From: Dimorphilus gyrociliatus
Taxonomy: Eukaryota; Animalia; Annelida
Length of the DNA: 64,000 bases
NCBI GenBank assembly: GCA_904063045.1
Contig: CAJFCJ010000002.1
Span: forward strand, 3,591,891-3,655,890
Reading direction: 5' to 3'
This document shows positions 62,401 to 64,000 of this stretch, in pieces (positions within the stretch are counted from its first letter, which is position 1; the number at the start of each line of letters is the position of its first letter). The position numbers were made by a program, and so were the translations under genes. The notes below the pieces were generated by a model, which was given only the letters and a program-made list of their open reading frames with translations, was not told where the DNA came from and made no database searches.

Positions 62401-64000
62401 AATAGATAATTATACTATTAAATCTAATAGAAATATTCAAGTAACTACACATTATTGCGTGATATCTTTGTAATTCTATATTTGCATTCTTTGCTATTTT
62501 ATCTAATATACCTAGATTAATTTCATTCGTAACTTAAAGCTTTGCGAATAAAATTAATTTTTAAAATATACTAAACTACTTTTTTCTTTTCTTCCTTCTT
62601 TTTTATTCAACTCTCGCTAAATAGCTATTTTATAAATCCATTATTAATCCTTTGATGATGTCATATCCGTACTTAAATCTTCCATTACAAGTCCATTACA
62701 CTTAAACAGATGACGTCATGAACAGATATCTGTAAGAAGAAAATGAATGTAGAAAAAGTGAGTAATAAGTGAGTAAAATATGAAATTAATATGATAGCGA
62801 TTTCTGTATAAAATCATTGTTAGTAAAGAAGTAAGATTACGTTTAAAAAGCTTACAAAAACTTAAGAAGGAAACGATTTTTAAAATGACAGATTGACTAC
62901 TTTTCAACAACCAATAGCGTACACAATAGTAAATAGAAGAAAAGTGACCAAGTGACCAACGTATATACAATTCGCCAGTGTAAACATGGCAGTAAAAGTG
63001 TATAGAAGATAGATTTCTCAGCCAACACTACTGTGCAAATACGCCTTTGAAATTGTACAATTGCTAAGATTGACTCGATTTTGGCTTCGGAATTCCTATG
63101 CCTACTATTCGGTCAACTTTAAAGGGTTTACGATATTTTATTCAACTTATGTAAAATTTACTAGGTAAATAATACCTTAATGTAATATGATCCATTATTA
63201 CATTTCTTATACTTGCAATTCTTCAATATTCATCTTTAAACCAAATAATATTAAATATACAATCTATCTTCGAGTCCTCCATTTACTTGGTATATATAGT
63301 CCAAATAAATAGTATATTATATAAAATTATTTATACTCACCTATGTCTTATGTTTACAAGATAATTCTAGCTTTAATAATATAAAATAAGCATAATTATT
63401 TTTACTACAAACGTAAATACGTTTCCTTTTTAATCAACCATATAAAAATAAAGAAACTATCTTTTACTGTTTTACTGTAAGATTTAAAAGAAGATAAATG
63501 AAGAAAAGAGATTCTTTATATTCCAAATAATTAAAAGTAAATCTTACAACTAGTATTTAAATTAATAGAATAACATATCTACAGTACTATATTTATAATT
63601 TATATAGCACGCATGTGTGTAGATTATACTAACTCCTCTTATACAGTATATATATATATATATATATACTATACAGTATATTGTATATAAATGTATGTAT
63701 AGTATTTATATGCGTAAAATCGTTCTGGCTTTTCCTTTTGACTCTTCTCTCCGTATGTTTTCCTATTTGATCTGAAGATCAGCAACGATAATCGGGAGGT
63801 CTTTTTTTATTTGTTTATCAGTATGGTTAAAGGTTTGTTTACATTGCTAATATTTGAATGAGTATGGCAGGCGATCAATAAGGGACAGCGTCTAGTTTGG
63901 GTGGATGATTTTTCGTGATAAACAATACAAAGTAAGAGAATCTTCTATTTGCCAGCCATCAGATTTACGTAGACATGTTAACGATCTGAAAAGATAGGGA

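Noticed and set aside
49000-64000. Homeobox exon, miRNA hairpins (mir-10 type), tRNAs or transposase remnants; the 60-115-aa ORFs listed in this region
   Set aside because: By eye I found no WFQNRR-type sequence, no remembered mature miRNA, no tRNA boxes and no TE protein motif; the short ORFs look compositional. A proper Rfam/RepeatMasker/blastx scan is needed to be sure.

Overview
AT-rich animal genomic DNA from a very compact genome: most introns I could resolve are about 50-90 nt. The gene set (WSC/C-type lectin receptors, a myosin regulatory light chain with an N-terminal extension, a peptide-type GPCR) suggests a spiralian such as a miniaturised annelid; this is inference only. Positions 1-49 kb hold about 16 protein-coding genes, most of which had to be re-spliced by hand because the ORF track splits them or reads them in the wrong frame. 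They are two tandem SLC16 transporters, a secreted Ser-Gly-repeat/Cys-rich precursor, a 6-Cys cationic peptide, BAG1, a class A peptide GPCR, a myosin regulatory light chain, a ~796-aa tail-anchored orphan, a SAM-like + death-domain protein, an orphan type I membrane protein, an intronless bacterial-type sulfotransferase (plus a decayed copy about 10 kb away), two inverted paralogous lectin receptors flanking SLC35F5, a secreted LRR protein, and head-to-head KCTD9/NUDCD2. The most notable observation is that in both lectin paralogs a two-exon, phase 1-1 WSC module sits inside the first C-type lectin domain. Positions ~49-64 kb have no recognisable gene but contain GC-richer islands with Pbx/Hox, Meis, Fox and E-box-like motifs. 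I found no tRNA, rRNA, CRISPR array or intact transposon. All gene models are manual and have no transcript support.
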